A stretch of DNA of 20,000 nt from Trichomonas gallinae (Eukaryota). Positions 16,362 to 20,000 of the stretch are shown here, one piece after another. Both the position numbers and the translations under genes were made by a program. The stretch spans positions 53,839 through 73,838 of the forward strand of contig MRSU01003251.1 of NCBI GenBank assembly GCA_008369845.1, in the 5' to 3' direction. The notes beneath the pieces were generated by a model. The model saw only the letters and a program-made list of their open reading frames with translations. It searched no databases and had not been told where the DNA came from. Positions within the stretch are counted from its first letter, which is position 1, and each line of letters opens with the position of its first letter.

Positions 16362-18551
16362 TTAGATGTCGATTGGTGCTGTAACAAGTCCATTCAAAGA
16401 AACAAGGAATTCACTAGAATAGTCAGGCTGTCTCTTCTTCTTTATGTAGAGAGTAACAGTGATGATAATTGAAATTGCAACAATAGCCGCAACACATGAA
16501 ATGATGATGATCATTGTCTTGGATTTAACAAAATCCTTTGCACCTCCATCCTTCGAACCTTCATCATCATCAATAGTTTGATTCGTTTGTGAAGTTGTAA
16601 TTATTGGCTCATAAGTTTCCGTTGTTGTAATTATTGGTTCATGAGTTTCTGTTGTTGTAATGATTGGCTCATAAGTTTCTGTTGCTGTTATTGTTGGCTC
16701 AACTTCAGAAGTAATTATTGTTGTTTCATTGGCTGTTTCAGTTGTTGTTGTTTCATATTCAGTAGTTGTATTTGTTTCAATAACTGGCTCAATTTCTGTT
16801 GTTGTTTCGATTTCTGAAGTTGTGGTAGTTGTTTCTTCTGCTTCTGTTGTAGTTGTAGTTGTTATAACTGGCTCCGGTCCTGGTGTTGGTTTGTCTTTCT
16901 TATCGAAGAAGTGGAAGTTAGGATCGAATGGATCAGATGGGAAGTAAGCTTCTTGGAGTTTGACTGTCCTGCAGAAACGTTCTGGATCAGGGCAAATCAA
17001 ATTCCTGTTGTATGTTCTTCCTGATTTCAGTCTGACAGGAATGCTCTGGATCTTTCCAATGTTTTCTTTTGTGCAGTTCACGAGATCATATTCTTGTGAG
17101 TTTGCTATATAATTCCTCCACGAGAATTTCTGGAAATCTTCAGCGCATTCATACTCGCCACAAAGCTGACCCCAGTCATCTCCTTCGATGAAGTTTGTTG
17201 GGAGCATTGCCTTGCCATTGGGGCAGACATGTGTTGGGTTCTTGTATGTCATGTAGTCATAGATTTCATCCTTACCAACATAAGATAAGTTCAAAGGATT
17301 GAAGAATTCTTTGGCATCGCAGTAGTATACGTTTTTGCCTGGTTCACACTTTGGCGGTGATGAATAGCTCTTGTCTCCCCAGTACTTGTAGTCGAATCCG
17401 GTGTAGTGCTCGTTAACAGGCTCGCGCTTCCACAAATAATCGGTCGGGAATGTTGACATTGGCGGGCCGATTGCGAAATTCTCTATTGGCCATCCGTCGA
17501 TGGATTCTGGGTTTCCCCAAACAAGCGGCTGCGCCATTGTATATGTAACCTTGTAGTTTCCTGTATCCTGGAGGGCAGCGACAGTAGCATCAGTCAATCT
17601 AGAGAATCTTCCATCTTCTGGCTGTATCATTACACCTGTCATCAGCTCAGTCATGTATGTTCTTATCTCCCAGTGTGTTCCAGCTGTTCCTGGGCCACCA
17701 CCATCTTCAAGCTCGATGCCTGGCTCGCAGGTGCCTTCATCGCCGACGAGCATGCTCACGCCGAAATGCTTCATTGCGAATTTTTTGGCATAAGGAGTGA
17801 CTAAGAATTTCATTTTCTTTCCTTTAACCTTCAATTCACAAAATATTCTTGGATGTAATCTGTTTGTTTCATATGGATGATAGTATTCGAAATCGTTAGC
17901 ATTGAGGCCTAAAGCATGTAAAACCTCGTGAAGACAGATCATAAAGTATTTGTTATTATTCGAGTTTTCATTTTGTGCTTCTTGTGGTACATATGCTGGA
18001 TTAAGGAACACAGCACCCATATATGGCCTGTAAAACTTTCCATCTTTTCCATTACTTCCAGCAGATGCAATAACATTTTCTCCACCACGTGGACGGGATA
18101 CAATTGCCATGTACAGATCAGTATTTTTAATATCATTAGTTTCTTGATTAATTAAATAAGGATAATTATTATCACCTAAATAATCATGGAGTTTAAACGG
18201 TTTTCTCAATGGTATGACTTTAAGTAATCTTTGTAGATAATTTTTAACAGCTTCAAAAGTTCCCATAATCGCATTTATTTGTTGTTGCGTTAAGACATCA
18301 TCATACCTGCAGGTGAAAGTCTGCCCTTTCCACGTAATACGTTCACTAGCTTCCTTGCACATCATAGAATCAGGAAGTGTTCTGGTCAAATATCGATAAT
18401 CGAACCAAATTCGGATATTATTCCACGAATATCCAGCTTTTGGAGATTTAGATGATATAAGATTTTCCATTGTTACGTTAATATGATGCTGTTCCTCATC
18501 AAAACCACATCTGTGAATTCCACGATGAAGGATCAGCCAATGACAAAGCAT
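16362..18551 (-). CDS. GP63: GP63-like / leishmanolysin (peptidase M8) surface zinc metalloprotease, type I membrane protein
   Basis: Propeptide 'HRCGFD' (Cys-switch-like); 'NIRIWFDY'; 'RPYMGAVFLNP'; zinc motif HEVLHALG (17916-17930); 'GIELEDGGGPGTAGTHWE' (third His); Met-turn 'ELMTG'; 'AALQDTGNY'; Thr/Glu-rich stalk; TM helix 'IIIISCVAAIVAISIIITVTLYI'; basic stop-transfer KKKR and a short cytosolic tail. Confidence 0.95.
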   Translation of the reverse strand: MLCHWLILHRGIHRCGFDEEQHHINVTMENLISSKSPKAGYSWNNIRIWFDYRYLTRTLPDSMMCKEASERITWKGQTFTCRYDDVLTQQQINAIMGTFEAVKNYLQRLLKVIPLRKPFKLHDYLGDNNYPYLINQETNDIKNTDLYMAIVSRPRGGENVIASAGSNGKDGKFYRPYMGAVFLNPAYVPQEAQNENSNNNKYFMICLHEVLHALGLNANDFEYYHPYETNRLHPRIFCELKVKGKKMKFLVTPYAKKFAMKHFGVSMLVGDEGTCEPGIELEDGGGPGTAGTHWEIRTYMTELMTGVMIQPEDGRFSRLTDATVAALQDTGNYKVTYTMAQPLVWGNPESIDGWPIENFAIGPPMSTFPTDYLWKREPVNEHYTGFDYKYWGDKSYSSPPKCEPGKNVYYCDAKEFFNPLNLSYVGKDEIYDYMTYKNPTHVCPNGKAMLPTNFIEGDDWGQLCGEYECAEDFQKFSWRNYIANSQEYDLVNCTKENIGKIQSIPVRLKSGRTYNRNLICPDPERFCRTVKLQEAYFPSDPFDPNFHFFDKKDKPTPGPEPVITTTTTTEAEETTTTTSEIETTTEIEPVIETNTTTEYETTTTETANETTIITSEVEPTITATETYEPIITTTETHEPIITTTETYEPIITTSQTNQTIDDDEGSKDGGAKDFVKSKTMIIIISCVAAIVAISIIITVTLYIKKKRQPDYSSEFLVSLNGLVTAPIDI
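16591..16700 (-). repeat. 30-bp coding tandem repeat (TET[Y/H]EPIITT) in the GP63 stalk
   Basis: About 3.7 units beginning at 16591, 16621, 16651 and 16681, e.g. GTTGTTGTAATTATTGGTTCATGAGTTTCT, within a larger Thr-rich region (~16580-16870). Confidence 0.9.
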
Positions 18552-19434
18552 ATTTTTGATAAAATTTTTAAAAATTTTGAAAAATTCTAACTTTTATTAT
18601 ATATTGGTATGTACTATAAAATGCCTAATTTATACTTGATGTCCTTTTGAATACGAACACAATTTTGAAAAGTAAAGAAATCATTTTTAGATTAAATATC
18701 AATATACAAATGAAAATAATCATATATCCAAAATTGATTAGACTGAATTTCTTAACGATTTTATAGGTTATTTTATTTCTAAACAATCATATGAGCATTT
18801 ATTGTATGTGAATAAGTTTCACTTCGAAGCGGTTAACTGCTCATTCAAATTTTCTGAACGACTAAGTTTGCCTTGAAATCAATTAATTTTAGCATCGTTT
18901 TTATCAAATTCTCGGCCAAATCAACCCGTTACTAATGATATTATTATTTTTTTAAAACAGGGATGAAATTTTTGTGCCATTACAAATGAAAATTTATCAC
19001 TTTACATGGCGAGACAAAAGCACATTGATCAATTCTATCCTCGTTCCATAGTGTTTCAATACAAAATTTTTTATTCTAAAATTGTTTGACAGTCAGTAAA
19101 TTTTGACATGTAAATTCCTCAAGTGGTTTCCTCAATTTCGTCTTATAACAAATGATGTTAAGTTTTTACTGCGAGATATTTCTAAATTATGATGCTTTTA
19201 AATCATAAACCAAGATCTTACTCTCTGATAAATTTAGAATTACTTTCATACTTCCTTGATATCAGATACACCTTATCAGTAGATAGATAAACAATCTATT
19301 GTATTATTCTCTTGCAATTTTCATTTGTTGGAAATTTATCTTTTAATTCAATTTACCGAAAGCTCCAATGCTGATTACTGAATTGTACTTTAAATATAGC
19401 TCTCAAAATCATCTTTTGCATTTTGATTTTTTGA

Positions 19435-19835
19435 TTCCGCAAAGGCCGAAACGGAGCAAATAATGAAGATGATCCTTCATCAGGAGGTGGATCTGGGTAC
19501 TATGGTGGATACACAGGAGATGCCAATCATATATATTCAGTGCCAAAGGCAGTGTATTGCTATCACATCGCTTCCAGCGGCTCTTCTTTCATCAGTGGAA
19601 ATCCAGGATGTAATGCAGTTGATGAAAATGGTGTTTACAAGGGAAACCCAATAGCAGATCCTCGCTATGTATATTTTATAACTCGAAAATGGTGAATGGA
19701 ACTGCAGTGAATCAACCAGAAGATGGAAATGGAGCGGCAAGATTTATTCCAGAAATTTCTTGTGAGAATAACTACAGTATTTTTGATAGGAATATACTAT
19801 TTGATGCCATATTTCTCGTATATGAAATTTCGTAA
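19435..19835 (+). pseudogene. Frameshifted, 5'-decayed glycine-rich domain gene (ALK/LTK-type Gly_rich, trichomonad 'loricrin/PE-PGRS-like' family)
   Basis: Frame from 19435 reads FRKGRNGANNEDDPSSGGGSGYYGGYTG...SSGSSFISGNPGCNAVDENG...PIADPRYVYF. Adding one T to the T4 run at 19674-19677 continues it as YNSKMVNGTAVNQPEDGNGAARFIPEISC...LFDAIFLVYEIS* (TAA 19833-19835). An in-frame TGA lies at 19432-19434 and there is no start codon. Confidence 0.75.
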
Positions 19836-19914
19836 AATCTTGATTTAGAAATCGGAATTCTGTTTGAGAATGAATATAATATATGAATTACCAATGATTT
19901 AAACTCTTATCAAA

Positions 19915-19928
19915 GGGGGGGGGGGGGG
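19915..19928. repeat. G14 homopolymer
   Basis: 14 consecutive G in otherwise very AT-rich intergenic DNA. Confidence 0.95.
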
Positions 19929-20000
19929 AACTCCACTTTTTGGGAAAATTTTAAAAGTGACATGATAAAAACGCCTCCTGCAGCTCCATCTAACGTTCCA

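Noticed and set aside
473..18155. Short ORFs (60-153 aa) antisense or off-frame within the six main genes, e.g. 14354..14815(-), 16729..16947(+), 10413..10697(-)
   Set aside because: They are shadow ORFs overlapping well-supported genes and have no recognisable motifs. The Val/Ser-rich one is the antisense of the Thr-rich stalk.
19463..19740. ORFs 19463..19654(+) and 19537..19740(-) as genes
   Set aside because: They are alternative frames of the glycine-rich pseudogene; the family motifs lie in a different frame.
1..20000. Introns, Maverick/mariner transposons, tRNA or rRNA genes
   Set aside because: All genes are single uninterrupted ORFs. I saw no trichomonad intron branch/3' motif (ACTAACACACAG), transposase/integrase/polB ORF, terminal inverted repeats or tRNA/rRNA-like sequence.

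Overview
AT-rich, compact, intron-less eukaryotic DNA. The gene content (an IBD-domain protein, a GP63-like protease, Inr-like motifs just before ATGs) points to Trichomonas vaginalis or a close parabasalid. Six intact genes are present: an ERGIC3/Erv46-type cargo receptor (-), an IBD-domain protein (+), a 3051-aa protein best read as a very divergent TRRAP/Tra1 PIKK pseudokinase (+), DPCD (-), a SAPS/PP6R-like helical protein (+), and a GP63/leishmanolysin-like membrane metalloprotease with a Thr-rich stalk (-). A frameshifted glycine-rich-domain pseudogene missed by the ORF track lies at ~19.4-19.8 kb. Non-coding signals include a recurrent 13-bp quasi-palindrome TTTACAYGWCAAA, arranged as two 20-bp-spaced pairs in the DPCD/SAPS divergent promoter, and a degenerate ~111-122 bp tandem array carrying a perfect 12-bp palindrome upstream of the TRRAP-like gene. 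All family assignments come from motif recognition by eye; no searches were run.
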